Assembly (NCBI RefSeq): GCF_018977255.1
Contig: NW_024704742.1
Span: forward strand, 35,032,001-35,096,000
Origin: Callorhinchus milii
Lineage: Eukaryota
Length of the DNA stretch: 64,000 nt
Direction of reading: 5' to 3'
Within the stretch, counting starts at the first letter, position 1. Every line of letters begins with the position of its first letter. Positions 1 through 12,765 of this stretch are shown here, one piece after another. The position numbers were made by a program, and so were the translations under genes. The notes under the pieces are model-generated. The model searched no databases. It was not told the DNA's origin and saw only the letters and a program-made list of their open reading frames with translations.

Positions 1-247
1 TGCAAAACATCTTTTTTGTAGCACTTTTACCAAATATTCTAATTTAAATTCAGCATTAGATCACTGTCATACAGAACGAACATATCATATTGAAACTTTA
101 TCATACAGATACAATGACATAATTAACATGCGCGTGCCATCATAATACTGACATATCTTACTGATGTATTTCAGGAGAGAGTGTGTATGGTGAGGGTTAT
201 TAATTCCTGTAACTGTTTTGTGCTTATTTTACTTTTGTTAAATTAAG

Positions 248-437
248 AATGTGGCTGCAAGTTTCAGCTGGGTACCTGAAAGTGATTTTGTTTTGACCTT
301 CTCAGTCTCTGATGGTGAACATGCTTCACCGGAAATGGAGTTCACCATTCATCTGCTGTCCACAAATCAGCAACCTCCTGTTTTCCAAGAAGCACATCCT
401 TTCATAAAGGTCAGCCAGGGAGGAAGTGCTGCTGTCG
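248..437 (+). CDS. FRAS1: FRAS1 window exon 1 (CSPG repeat; FSVSDGEHASPEMEFTIHLL...GGSAAV)
   Basis: Donor G|GTAAGC at 438. Acceptor is either TTAAG|248 or TTCAG|268, so the 5' edge is uncertain. Confidence 0.85.
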
Positions 438-1725
438 GTAAGCCATGATATTAAATTGCCCTTAGTTTTGAGTTCGTATTTCAAATCTTCAGTATCCAAG
501 TGCAGGCAGGCTCTCACGGTGAATAAGGTGATGCTACCCTGCGTGAGGAGTGCTATATATAAAGGCCTCATCCTGGAAAGGCTAAATTGGTCAAAATCTT
601 CCCAGTGTTTCTGAGAGAAGAGATGAAAGCCACCTAGGCTCCTGCTCCCAGTTCGTCTAAAGAAAGCACTGTCTACTGTTTGTGCATGTGTGGCAGCCAG
701 GTGGGGAGAGGTCAGGCTCAGATCAACGTCCCCATACAATCAATTGGACTGCTGATTCTCACTGCGAAAGCTCACACATGAGCAATGACTTATTGAGTGG
801 GTATCAAAAGGAAACCAGCATGTGTGAAACTTGATCCTGCAAGAGGGGGGCCAGAGCAGGAGCAGAAAAGCGTATGGCAATGGGGAAAATTAGAAAAAAA
901 AACTGAACACATTAAATTAATTTGCTAAAAATAATAAAGAACATCCAACTCAAGCACCTATTCATAGGAAAATGTGCATTAATGTGCAATAGAATAGATA
1001 TTATAAAACACAAGATGGTATAGATTAGTGCAATCACCTCAATCCAAGAATTTTATATTGTTGTAGATACAATACAATTATACAGTACCCTTCATCTTGG
1101 GAGATATCTCAAAGTGCTTCACACTGCGGGCTGGCCACCTGAGCTGGGGGGGTGGGAGCCAAAGAGGGGAAAGATGGGGGGGAACGATGACAGAAAGCCC
1201 AGTCACAAAGAACAACATACATCGTCTGATATTCTTTATACTCTGTCCGTAAATGGAATTTAGAATGGAGGATTTATGTGGCACTATATTTTTCAGTGAT
1301 GTCTTTGTGGGTTGGTTTAACTGCACACGTATAAAGAAGGAAGTTCATTACAAAAAACACCCTCCATATACATGTATACATGCATATGCACATGGTTAAC
1401 TCTTCCCATGTTTTGAACATGGGTTGCTAACCCAACGCACAAATGAGACCCCAACAACTTGCATTTGTGTAGTGCTCTTTTGTTCGATAACGTGGGGCAG
1501 GTGGAGCAATTCACAAAGGTGAACGGGATGGGAGAGTTGAGGTGACCCCAATGAGTGTTGTTGATCAATTCATGTGATTTGAATTCCAGGAATAGTATTT
1601 ATTTCATTATATATTATGAATAAGATGACACTCATTTAAGCTGTGCAGAGTAAAATTCCTCACGTGCCTTCCTTGAATTAAATGCTGACATTATGTAAAG
1701 GAGCGTTGCTTTGTTTCTGTTCCAG

Positions 1726-1854
1726 GTTTGAGCCAGCTCGCAGTCAGTGATGTAGATACATACCCAGATGACCTTCTGTTTGAGCTGGTGGAGCCCCCTC
1801 AGTTTGGTGATCTGATGATAGCTGACTATGGACTCCAGAAAAAGATGAGGAAAG
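1726..1854 (+). CDS. FRAS1: FRAS1 window exon 2 (GLSQLAVSDVDTYPDDLLFELVEPPQFG...)
   Basis: TTCCAG| acceptor, G|GTGAGT donor, CSPG-repeat peptide. Not in the ORF track. Confidence 0.92.
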
Positions 1855-2140
1855 GTGAGTGCTTCCCACAAACAGTGGTGCATTAAAGTGACAAGCTTGA
1901 AACTTGGATCATGAGAAAGGCATGTAACTGAGAAGAACAAAAATGCCTGCTGAATCTTCTTAGTAATGTAGCCTTGTGAGCCCATCAGTCTTGCTGCATG
2001 TGATCCCTTTGAAGGCTTTGGTAATAGCAGCATTCCTCCATTCCTGGTTCTGTAGAGGATAGGACTGTATCTTTTGGCAAAACATTTATTTGAAAAATAG
2101 CGTACTGTTCCAATGTCGACATTACCCCTTTAGACACAGA

Positions 2141-2330
2141 TAATAATAATCCTTGCATTTGATATAGCGCTTTTCACGTCTTCTCGACATCTCAAAGCGC
2201 TTCACAGAATATGCTGTAAAGTGAATTGACTGTATATTTGTGGGCGAAACGCGTCAGCCAAGTGTCCCACAAACAGTCGTGGATTGAAAATGACCAATTT
2301 ATTATAGTTTTTTGTTTTGGAGGGATTATT
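2141..2330 (-). mobile_element. SINE 3' half (similar tails at 21221-21388, 23925-24030 and 59192-59305)
   Basis: ATAATAATAATCCTTGCATTTGATATAGCGCTTTTCACGTC... shared tail. Confidence 0.8.
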
Positions 2331-2739
2331 ATTATGCGACACACTAAGCTACAGAACAATGCCATGTTGCAGGTTTCCTTAAACCATTTGCTTCCAGCAG
2401 GCTTAAAAGCTTGTTCATTTAGATGGACAGTTTTTTTTTGTTAAACCGCCCTGCATGGTGAAAGGACGCACTGTATTATACTGGTGGGCAAATCTTAAGC
2501 TTTCCTTCCTGAAACGATCATGTTGCTGATATTATGAAGCGTTTGCATTCATGTAAACAAAGTACGTGCTGAGATTTGGAGATCATCCAAGTCAGAAGCT
2601 GGACTGGATTATTTGCATTGCCTACACAGTGAGGACTTGATGTTGTCTGTCCAGGCAGCAATACTTCAGCAATCAATTCATATCCTTGAGTGAATAGATT
2701 TGGCGATGGCTTTCATAATCTCTGCTTTCCTGTCAGGGC

Positions 2740-3107
2740 TTCTTCATTGCTGCCCTACCCCGCCTACCTCTACAACCTCCTCCAACCTCACAAACTCGGC
2801 CACTCCATTCGCTCAGTAGGCTTTGGCCTGCTTCAAGTACCCTGCCCCACCCGCCCACCCTACCAGCACTGATCAGGCTTTCAACATATCTGTCCCCACT
2901 GTTTGAAATGGCATCCCAGAGTCCCTTTGACTCGCCCCTTCCTTCGGCTACTTCAAGGTCTGCCTCAAGACTTTCCTCTTTGACCTCGCTTTCGGACATC
3001 TTTCCCCGCCCCACATGACTCAACTCCCCTGGCTCCCAGCCCCAGATCTGGTGCAAGAGCTGGACTGTTCAGCGCCTTGTGACTGATATAAAAGGCGCTA
3101 TATTAAT
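2740..3107 (+). mobile_element. L2 LINE 3' fragment
   Basis: Homologous to the 3' end of the 53825-56148 element; AAAGGCGCTATATT tail. Confidence 0.8.
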
Positions 3108-3128
3108 GGGCCTTCTCGCTTTCTGCAG

Positions 3129-3370
3129 GAGATGCCTTCACACAGGACAATGTGGAACGGAACACCCTTCAGTATCTTCATCATGGCAGTCAGACAACGG
3201 AAGACAGTATGAGAATCCTGGTCACTGATGGAGTTACATCAGTAACAGTGCTGCTGAAAGTGTGGGTGACAGTCAACGATGGACCACAGCTTGCACCTGG
3301 TTCCCTGCTGTCCATTTCAGTGCCAGAGAAGAACTCTGGGGCAGTAACAAGATCTCACCTGGCATACATT
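3129..3370 (+). CDS. FRAS1: FRAS1 window exon 3 (GDAFTQDNVERNTLQYLHHGS...TRSHLAYI)
   Basis: TGCAG| acceptor, |GTACGC donor, FRAS1-like peptide. Confidence 0.93.
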
Positions 3371-3530
3371 GTACGCACAGTATACTACCTGCAACTTGGG
3401 CATTCAGGCTTTTCTTTAATTTGGTGACTCCCACATTATTATTTCTTTTTTTCTAATATTCTCCCTGCTTATTTTATACTTATTTTCATTTCCATGATTC
3501 AGTGTTGTTCCTTCCTGTGTAAACCCACTA

Positions 3531-3680
3531 ATATCCCTCGCTCCCTGTTCTCCTACATATCCTCACAAAGATATCCCTTACTCCCCGCTCTAGTACATAC
3601 ACTTAGATATCCCTTGCTCCCTGCTATAGTTACAAACCCTCACAGATATCTCTGATCTCCTACATACCCTCACAAAATTC
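3531..3680 (+). repeat. Degenerate minisatellite, roughly 35-40 bp unit, about 4 copies
   Basis: Recurring ATATCCCTYRCTCCC...TACA..CCTCACA. Confidence 0.6.
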
Positions 3681-3781
3681 CCTCCTTTTCCGTGATTAAG
3701 TAAGTTGAGCAAAAATGTACATAAAGATGCTAAAAAGAACAAAAGGGATCTGTATTTAACCACTTGTCCTTTCTCCTCTAG

Positions 3782-3933
3782 GATAATAATTCTCCTGACG
3801 CTGCAATCCGAATTCAGCTAATATCTCCCCCCATGTACGGCATTCTCACCAGGACTAAATCTGGGAACAACCGCGAAGAACTCTCAGCACTGGCAACTTT
3901 TACAATGGAAGATATTAACAACCAGAAGATCAG
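3782..3933 (+). CDS. FRAS1: FRAS1 window exon 4 (DNNSPDAAIRIQL...FTMEDINNQKIR)
   Basis: CTAG| acceptor, AG|GTAAGG donor. Confidence 0.93.
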
Positions 3934-4559
3934 GTAAGGGTTAAAACTACTAATAATACTCCTTACATTTTGATAGGATCTTTTCACTTTCACAGCACCT
4001 GTGAAGAGTGTCTCTGGCCGATATCCAAGAGCAGTACCAAAATAAAGAGCAATTGATAAAGAAACGTTAAAGATTTTAATTGTGGACACAAAGAAAAACC
4101 TTCTATTTTTGAGCTTTGCGCAAAGGATTTTCCATCTGTTTTGACACATTTTGGTTCTTACATGGACTAATGACCACGTTACCATGTTAACCATTCTTCA
4201 CAAGTCCGTTAAGTGCTTCATGACGCCTTTTGCTGATTGTATAGTTGTACTGTTTGACCCTCAGGAATTATTGAGTCGCTCTGAGTAAAGTTAAAATTTA
4301 TTCCACATACTAATAATGCCAATTTTCTGCTCGAGCGCTTTCTAATGGCCATAAGGAGTGACAGGAGCAAAATTATTTTATTCCCTCAATGTTCTTAAAT
4401 AAATCCCATTATACTTAATTTTATGATAATGTAGACTGTCTATTAACATTTTGAATTCACAGAGGTCATTAAGTCAAGTCATCATCATGCTTAGACTTCA
4501 TATGGACAGAGTCGCAACATCACATCAATGAAATGCCTAGGAATATGTCCATCTGATAC

Positions 4560-5120
4560 AGCAACAAATAACAAATTGCATTTATATAGCGCCTTTCACA
4601 TCAAGAGGGCATCCCAAGGTGCTGGACAGTCGAGAGTTTGCACTCGAGCTGGAGATTGGATTCGGGAGGGGTGAGGGTCAAGGGGACTGGGGGTGAGAGG
4701 GGGGAAGATAACCGAAGGTGGTCAAAGAGTAAAGGCTTGAGACTGACCTTGAAAGCAAGAAGGGGCAAGGCAAAGAGTCTCCGGAATGAAGTTTCAGAGA
4801 TTAGGGACAGATAGGTTGAATGGTGGGGCAAGCAGGCCAGTGCCTGCTGAGCGGAGGGAGCGGGCAAGTTGGTAGGGTTTAAAAAGGTCACAAAAATAGG
4901 GTGGGACCAAACTGTAGATGTATTCAAAAGTGAGGATGAGGATGTTGAACTCAATCTTCTGGAGGATGGGGAGCCAGTGGAGCCAGTGAGAATGGGGTAA
5001 TAGGCTCACGGAGCCTAGTGCCGGAGAAGGCATGAGCTGCAGAATTCCTGATGGACTGCAGCTTGTGAAAGTAAAAGTTGGTAATCCGACAAGCAGACAT
5101 TTGGCATAGTCTTGCCTGTA
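4560..5120 (-). mobile_element. L2 LINE 3' fragment
   Basis: LHWLPILQKIEFNILIL on the minus strand; L2 tail. Confidence 0.87.
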
Positions 5121-5381
5121 ACAAAGTGCTTTGCCCTAAAATCCTGCACAAGACCTCAGTAAAAAGGCTATAAAGCTACCTCTTTGACTGTGCCTTTCCT
5201 CACCTCCCTATCCTCCAATGCTTAGCATCTGCCTCATGCTTATGAAACTCTGAGACTTTATCCGATTCGAAGAGCACTATATAAATGTGAGTTGTTATTA
5301 TTTGCAATAATTAAATGAAATGAATGAAGTAATGAAACATTGTCTACATTATGCAACTAATTTGCTCCGCTGCCTAAACAG

Positions 5382-5544
5382 ATATGTCACAGACTATGAC
5401 ACTGGCAATCAACCAGTCACGGATATTTTCTACTTTAATGTCTTCGATGCTGATAACAATCAACTCAATGACCAAATGTTTACCATCACCATCACTGCTG
5501 TTGAGAACCAGCCACCAATGGTTACCATCAGAGATGAAGTCACT
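5382..5544 (+). CDS. FRAS1: FRAS1 window exon 5 (YVTDYDTGNQPVTDIFYFNV...DEVT)
   Basis: ACAG| acceptor, |GTAAGT donor. Confidence 0.93.
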
Positions 5545-6428
5545 GTAAGTTTTGAAAAAGTTAGCCAGTGTTGTAAGGAGACCAGGGCAATAATTCAATG
5601 CAGGACATGAGTGCGTCATCTGTTAACTCTATGTAGGTTAATTTGTGATATTCGCAAACTAAATTCATTCAAATATACACAAACTGAAAGTCCCAATTAA
5701 TGCAACAAAGCTACTTTGCGAACAGCTGAAAAGTAGACCCTCACATAAATGTCATTGAATCTATCCCTGTTGTATTCCACTTCTGTTGAATTGTTGAGAA
5801 GATGTTCTTAAGAAATCAATTTGGCACAAGATACTCAGGCACACACAAGAGAAATCACATGTTAGTTTGTTAGTTTATGAATCAGTGTTTAAATCTGTAT
5901 ATATTTATTGTCATCTACATGTAACTATAGTAGGTACATCTTTTTCAAAACTGTTTAAAAAAAATCAAGAAGAGGCAAATATCTTGATGATGATTTCTTT
6001 CTATTTTGTTTTGGAATAAATACTTTTGAGGAGCGATTGAGGAGAAATTCCACCTGGGTCTAAATTTACTCTATTTATGTTGCATTTTGGAGCTTTTTGG
6101 TGTTTGGTGTTTTTCTTCCTTTTATTGGTACTTTGTCCATATGGCCTCATTTGTGAGTCTTAATAGTGAATCAACAGTTAAGGTATCACATGAGGGGTAC
6201 CACAGTTCAGCCTGATCCAACTCAACATCCACGCATGTGCACCTCTGTATCAGGAGCAGGTAGCTTACCTTGGAATCTGGGACCTTCCCAGTCCTTGTGG
6301 GTCAACTACTCACTGGTTAATTGTGCAGATATATTGGGGGTTAGGGGAGAAAGGAGCATATATATATATAGAGTATATATAATATATATACACACATAAC
6401 TATTGATATATATTTGTACTGGATGTAG

Positions 6429-6561
6429 GTGGAAGAGGGAGGCCGAGTCCTGTTGTCATCACACAGTATTCTAGCCACGGACTTTGACACCCCTCAGAGA
6501 GACCTGTTGGTGAGGATAACCACTGCACCGACCTTTGGCTACATTGAAAATCTCAATAGAG
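6429..6561 (+). CDS. FRAS1: FRAS1 window exon 6 (VEEGGRVLLSSHSILATD...)
   Basis: GTAG| acceptor, G|GTACAG donor. Confidence 0.92.
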
Positions 6562-6739
6562 GTACAGTATCTGCACTTCTAATATATTATGTGACACATT
6601 TCTCAACTTACTGCCAGATACACTTCCACTGTATTTTATTATTAATAATAATAATCCTTACATTTGAGGTATAAGGCATTATTGACTAAGTTATTCAAGT
6701 TATAATACATTTCACATTGGGAGGAAGTCCCAAAATGAT

Positions 6740-6975
6740 TCACAGAATACATTGGAATGAATGTGCACTTTCTATGCGAATACGGCAGCCAATTTGTTCA
6801 CAGCAATGTCCCATTATCATCCACGAAGTGAATGACTGATGTTTTATTTGTGGGATTGTTGCCAAGTTGCCCGGAGAAACTCCCTGCTCTTTTAGAGCAG
6901 TGCCATGGGATCTTTGACATCCATCCAAACATGCAGGCGGGACCTTGGGTTAAAGTCTCATCCGAAGGACGGCAA
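6740..6975 (-). mobile_element. Deu-like SINE fragment
   Basis: Reverse complement of the core in the 24282 copy. Confidence 0.7.
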
Positions 6976-7099
6976 TGAGTCACAAGCACTTAGACAGGCC
7001 CCATGTTGCCTTGTCTCTGGACACTGCCACATTGGCACCACTTTAGATGATGTTCATAATGCAGGATTTAAATTTTTTTGTTGTTGATTTTATTGACAG

Positions 7100-7290
7100 A
7101 AGGAAGAATTGACAGAGCAGTTATTATCAGCCCGGGCATTCCCTTCTCTATTCAGGACATTCTTGATAACAGTATTTACTATGTGCAAAGCGTCCATCGA
7201 AATATTGAGCCAATATCAGATGGCTTCGACTTCTATGTAACTGACAGCACAACTCGGTCTCCATCGTACCACTTCAACATCACTATTCTG
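7100..7290 (+). CDS. FRAS1: FRAS1 window exon 7 (PFSIQDILDNSIYYVQSVHRNIEP...NITIL)
   Basis: CAG|AAG tandem acceptor (start 7100 or 7103), |GTATGG donor. Confidence 0.92.
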
Positions 7291-7802
7291 GTATGGTCAG
7301 CTGTCACTTCACCTTTTACAATAATATATAATAATATAAATTATTCATGCATTTAATGAATGGTTACTGCACTGAAATGTTTCTGTCAGGTGTAAAGATA
7401 TACTTCCTGGTGTCTATTCTGCAATTGGCTTTCACCTGAACTTTTGCTTTTTGTTGTTGCATCAGTGCAAGCATTCTCTTGAGTTTACTTTTTCAATCCT
7501 ATTTGATATTGTCATATAGTCGATCCTTATTGTAACAGTGTTTTGGGATCCATAGAGTAGAATCTTGATAACCTGGAAGTCAGCAATTTGTGCATACACG
7601 GAGCACAGGAAGTTATATCGACAGCAATCTTGTGACCCAAATGCCAGCCATTTTGCCAGCGCAGGGACCGAGCCAGTCAGCTGGTGAAACCAGCAATCAC
7701 AGCCTTGTTATAAAATGGGTTGGGCTTTTATAGATTACAATGAGGCTGCAACTGTATTATGGAAAGGACAGCTTTGAACACAGCTTCCCTCTTTGTTTCC
7801 AG

Positions 7803-7956
7803 CGGAAGAACGATGAACCTCCCAGAATGACTGTCCAAACTGTCCATGTGAAGGAAGGAGCTGGCGTGGTGATCACAAACACCTCCCTGAGCCTGCAGGA
7901 CCTGGACACACCAGAGAATGAATTGGTTTTCAGAGTGACCAAGAAACCAAACCATG
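7803..7956 (+). CDS. FRAS1: FRAS1 window exon 8 (RKNDEPPRMT...SLQDLDTPENEL...KKPNH)
   Basis: TTCCAG| acceptor, G|GTATAA donor. Confidence 0.94.
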
Positions 7957-7958
7957 GT

Positions 7959-8260
7959 ATAATAATAATAATCTCTGCATTTAATATAGTGTATTATCAT
8001 GTCTTTGAGACGTCTCAAAGCACTTCACTATAAAATGAGTTGACTGTATATTTTGTGGGCAAATTGTCCCACAAACACTCTTGGATTGAGTGACCAAATT
8101 GTTATTTTTTGAGAGGGATTATTACCCCCGGAAAAGCCATCCACCAATCGACTAACAACTGGGTTCCTACTTACAAAGTAAACCTGCTAGGCGTGTGGAG
8201 TAAGATCAACAAAATTACATTTAAGGAAACTTGCCTAATGTTATCCCTACCGGGAACCTG
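7959..8260 (-). mobile_element. tRNA-SINE copy abutting the exon 8 donor
   Basis: Collinear with the 52049 and 56202 copies. Confidence 0.78.
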
Positions 8261-8886
8261 CAACACAAAAGAAATCAGTGATTTTGCTTTTTTAAATTAC
8301 AATAATTATAGAATTTTATTTAGAGATTGAAGGAGCCAGGATTCAGCGTACAAATTTGACATTCAATGTAGATTTTTATCCTAACTTGCACTGGATAGCA
8401 CTGTTTTTAAGTAGCATTATAAAGTATAAGGTAGAATGTGCTCTGATTTGTAGCATATTTTTAAGTCAGTTTCATTCAGTAAAACATTTTGGGATTACAT
8501 GGTAGGTAGCACACTGCATAGAAGAATTATGCCTGTTTTATGCATTTTCTCCAGCAGTAGAGTAAGTAATAACAATAATTCTCTTACGTTTGGTAAAGCC
8601 CCTTTCTCAGAGCACTTCACAGGATATGAAGATTCGCTAAACCCTCAATAGTCTTTTAATGTTATTTTGTTGAAAGATTCACTCATATAGCTGGTCTTAA
8701 GGTACAAGGTGACTGAACCACTGGGAAAGCTATCAGTCTTTTTGAAGGGAGGGGTTAGGTGGGGAGAGTGGATTGAATATTCCAACAACTCAAATATTTT
8801 ATAGTTGATTTTTTTTTCTAAAGATAAAGAGAACCCAGAACAGTTTCTCTGACAAATGATCCATTTCTTTTTTGTTTCAACTTAAG

Positions 8887-9150
8887 GCAAACTTCGGAGA
8901 AGGCAGTTTTATTCAGAGCCACTGGAAAATGGCCGTGTGCTGACTCAAGGCTCGTCCTTCACATACCAGGATGTGCTGGACGCTCTGATAGTTTACACCC
9001 ACGATGGGCCCATAATCCAGTCTGACGAATTTCGATTTGCCTTCACGGACGGGCTGTATACAGAGAATGGGAAAATGGAGTTTCAAGTGGAAAAGCAAAA
9101 GAATGAGGCGCCAAGATTAACTATTAACCGAGGTCTACAGTTCGCAGCAG
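8887..9150 (+). CDS. FRAS1: FRAS1 window exon 9 (SEPLENGRVLTQGSSFTYQD...INRGLQFAA)
   Basis: TAAG| acceptor, AG|GTAAGA donor. Confidence 0.94.
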
Positions 9151-9367
9151 GTAAGAGCAAGCGTTCAGACAGGATTGAAAACCTGGACAGAAAACAGTCA
9201 GTATGCAGGACACTTATTCGAAATATCTTTGTCAAAATTGTTTTGTCATTTTCCCCTAAGTGGTTCCAGGACTCTGAGATGCTTATCCTGTGTGAAGGAT
9301 GCTACATAAATACAAGTTGTTGTTAAGGTTTTGTGTGGTGGTTGTCATCCAGTAATGCCCCAAGCCT

Positions 9368-9601
9368 GAAATTCCATCTAGCCTTAGGCTATAAAATCAT
9401 TTTATGTCTTAAAATGAAAGACCCCCACAAGAATTGTGGAAAGTTCTTAAATTCAATTGTAACTCAAAAGCTGCTTTTCTACAGGTCTCAAAATGAATTG
9501 ATTTCCAAATCGGGACTGATTTTAAGAAGTTTCAACAATTCTGCACAAACTTAACTTTTCAGGAAAAACAAATCTTACAGGCTAAGACTAGGTGGAATTT
9601 C
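9368..9601. repeat. MITE-like element with about 30-bp terminal inverted repeats
   Basis: GAAATTCCATCTAGCCTTAGGCTATAAAAT versus the reverse complement GAAATTCCACCTAGTCTTAGCCTGTAAGAT; related sequence near 47860-48120. Confidence 0.6.
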
Positions 9602-10077
9602 TGGCCTCTAGAGTGTTCTGCAAGATAATACCAGGTTGAGAGACTGGGGTAACATAAATCAGGAGAGTGAAATCGAAACAGTTGATCAACATCATGTCAG
9701 GCTTGAGATACATTACTGCCTTCAACTCTAGAAGCTTATTCTCCATTTTCTATATTTACCAAACTCAACACAAGGGTCTCTTCATCACCATTTGTGAGTA
9801 AATGTACTGACAACTGAAGATTCCCCACCCCCATGTTAATTCTTAGTATTATATAGAAATGTTAGGGTTAGAATGAACCAGTTAGTCACTAACTGACCTG
9901 TTATTCATGTAATTAGGGGTGTGGGCATCAGGAGAGGGTCTAATTTAAATTGCACAAAAGAGATTATACTCGGTTAAATATCTGAACTCCTTTTTAGTTA
10001 CAAAGCGGAACCACAAAAAGTGGTTTGTCATTACACCAGTACATACTCATTCATTTTTTTCTTCTAATGGCATTTAG

Positions 10078-10266
10078 GCTCCGTATCAGTAATTACTGAG
10101 CAGCACCTAAAAGCTACAGATATCGATTCTGACAATGAGAAGCTCAAGTTTGTTATAACCAAAGACCCAACTGTGGGACGTCTGCAGATGTCCAAAAATG
10201 ACAATTTGGTTCAGATTTCCATCAGGGGACCTATTAAAAGCTTCACCCAAACGGACATCAAGAAAG
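10078..10266 (+). CDS. FRAS1: FRAS1 window exon 10 (SVSVITEQHLKATDIDSD...GPIKSFTQTDIKK)
   Basis: TTTAG| acceptor, G|GTGAAT donor. Confidence 0.94.
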
Positions 10267-10475
10267 GTGAATGAATCCTACCTACTTTATCTTCAGACCC
10301 TAAAAAAGACGTCTGCCAAAATATATTCAATCATTTGTTTAACTTTTGACTTTGAATTCTTAATAAACATAAGTTAGAACATTCGCAAAGTAAAAGAGCA
10401 ACCATAATGTTATGACACAACAATACTCAACAAGATTTTCTTTTAACCGCTCACCACTTTCTGCTGCGTTGCTAG

Positions 10476-10595
10476 GGTACGTGGAGTACCGGCATGAGAA
10501 GGGCGAGCCTGGTGGGAGTTTCGCTTTCAAGTTTGATGTGGTCGATACAGATGGAAATAAACTGATTGATCAGTCTTTCTTCATTAGCGTGCTGG
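10476..10595 (+). CDS. FRAS1: FRAS1 window exon 11 (YVEYRHEKGEPGGSFAFKFDVVD...)
   Basis: CTAG| acceptor, G|GTGAGT donor. Confidence 0.95.
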
Positions 10596-10679
10596 GTGAG
10601 TGTTTTCTAATTCCTGTTAGTGATAGAGGTTGTTTCATTTATCTTTTATTGTGTCCAATACTTTGTTCTCATTTCAAAT

Positions 10680-10990
10680 AAGAACAAATTGCATTTATAT
10701 ATTGCCTTTCACGTCAGGGGGACGTTCCAAGGTGCTGGACAGTCGAAGGAGATGAGGGAAGGTGTAAGGCAAAGGGACTCCAGGATGCAGTTCCAAAGAG
10801 TGGGGACAAAAAGGCTGAAAGCCTATTCGCTGATGGTGGGGCAGGCAGGACAGGGGACATGAAGCAGGCCAGTGCTTGCCAAGCAGAGGGAATGGGCAGG
10901 TTTGTAGGATTTAAGAAGGTCACAGAGGTAGGGTGGGTCAAGACCGTGGAGGGATTTTAAAGGGAGAACAAGGATCTTGAACTCAATCCA
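10680..10990 (-). mobile_element. L2 LINE 3' fragment
   Basis: Tail TTGCATTTATATTGCCTTTCACGTC...CAAGGTGCTGGACAG; similar to other copies. Confidence 0.8.
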
Positions 10991-11342
10991 CTGGTGTTTG
11001 ATGTGCGGTTAGAGGAGGCTAGAGGGGGTGCACGGAGGAGGTGATGGACAGTGGAAAACAGTGTCTTTGGGTTAGTTTGGCCTCCAGGATGACTTTGGAG
11101 TAAAAATCAGTTTTGGCTTGTGAAAGGGAGAGGCAGTTGGTGCTTGAGCCACAGATGGCGGTGAATCATGAGGCTGGATTTCTGCCATCTGAGTTGAGCA
11201 TCCAGGTTTAGATTTCAAGTGAGCGGAGATGACTGTTGTACCAGGGGGAGCAGGTGGATTTGGAAACAGCCCTGGATTTCAGGGGAGCCAGCGAATTAAA
11301 GGTTACTAAGCTATTAATGTGTACTTGCCTCTTGTTTTGCAG

Positions 11343-11522
11343 AAGATAAGCTTCCACCATCTATTGTAATTAATAAAGGCCTTGTACTGGACGAGAACAC
11401 AGTGAAAAAAATCACCACCCTCCAGCTCTCAGCCACTGACCAAGACAGTGAGCCTGGTGAGTTGGTTTACAGGATTACCAAACAACCCCAGCTGGGCCAC
11501 ATTGAACACGCTGCTTCCCCAG
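11343..11522 (+). CDS. FRAS1: FRAS1 window exon 12 (EDKLPPSIVINKGLVLDEN...EHAASP)
   Basis: TGCAG| acceptor, AG|GTAAAT donor. Confidence 0.95.
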
Positions 11523-11859
11523 GTAAATAAAAGCAAAGAGTTTCCAGAGAAATGACTGTCTCCTTTGGATCATCTATTGTTTAAGGTTTTGTCTCACGTA
11601 CTGTGAAGTAAGCAATAATATTTCAGTGAAACGATGCTGAAATGTCAGGCACTTTTATCAATGTAATATTACTCTGAGAGGTTGTAGTACTCGAGACTCG
11701 AGGCATTAAAAAATCAAGACAAACTCTTACCAGATAAATTAATAAAACCAATACAAACAACCCACACTAACTGCAGAGTACCTTTCTTTGTATCTTGGAT
11801 GTGTTAGCTCCCCTCCCTCGCACACACTAATGCGCACCTCTCCTCTATTCACTTCTCTG

Positions 11860-12765
11860 CAACAACAACAAAATTACATTTGTATAGTGCCTTTCATGTC
11901 GGGAAGACTTTCCAAGGCCCTGGACAGATGGAATTACAGGGTCGGGGTGGGGGAGGGTGGAGGGCATGGGGGGGAAGCAGGGAGATCGAAAGCACGGTCG
12001 AAGAGGAAGGTCTTGAGGTGGATCTTGGAGGGGGCAAGATGGAGGAACTGCAGGATGGAGTTCCAGAGGGTGGGGGCAGAGTGGCTGAGGGCCCGCCCGC
12101 CAATAATGGGGCAAGCAAGGTAGGGGATGTGAAGCAGGCCGAAGCTTGCTGAGTGGCGGGAGCGAACAGGATGGTAGGGGGTTAGGAGGTCGGAGAGGTA
12201 GGACGGAGCAAGACCATGGAGGGCTTTGAAGGTGAGGACCAGGATCTTGAACTGTGTCCTCTGTGTGATAGGAAGCCAGTGGAGTTGGGTAAGGATGGGG
12301 GTGATAGGGTCGAGCAGCCTAGTGCAGGAGAGGACAAGGGCTGCAGAGTTCTGGATGATCTGCAACCTGTGGAGGGAGGAATTGGGGAGGCCGACAAGCA
12401 ATGAGTTTGCATAGTCAAGCCTCGATGTAATGAAGGCGTGCGTGAGGGTTTCGGCGGCCTGCGGTGTGAGACAGTGTTGGAGCCGGGCGACTTTGCAGAA
12501 GTGGGGGAAGGCAGAGCTGCGCAGTGGGGGAAGGCATGGCGCAGATGTGGGGTAGAAACGATAGTTGAGGGTCAAACAAGACCCCAAGATTCCAGACTGG
12601 CTCAGTAAGGTGGAGTGTGCAACCATGGATAGTGATGCTGTCAGCGCCTGAGGTGAGGAGGCGCTGATGTCTGACAGACATTATGTCAGGGCAGCAGTGG
12701 TCCTGGAGTCAAAGGTGGAGGCAGAGAGGTACAATTGGGTGTCATCCCCATACATGTGGAAGCTG
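11860..12765 (-). mobile_element. L2 LINE 3' fragment
   Basis: Minus ORF HAFITSRLDYANSLL...LHWLPITQRTQFKILVL, plus (CAA)n tail. Confidence 0.92.

Noticed and set aside
630..860. Conserved enhancer or ncRNA
   Set aside because: Resembles 6180-6350 in reverse orientation, so more likely an old interspersed repeat; too diverged to classify by eye.
3531..3680. CRISPR-like array
   Set aside because: Eukaryotic intron with degenerate tandem units and no unique spacers; a minisatellite.
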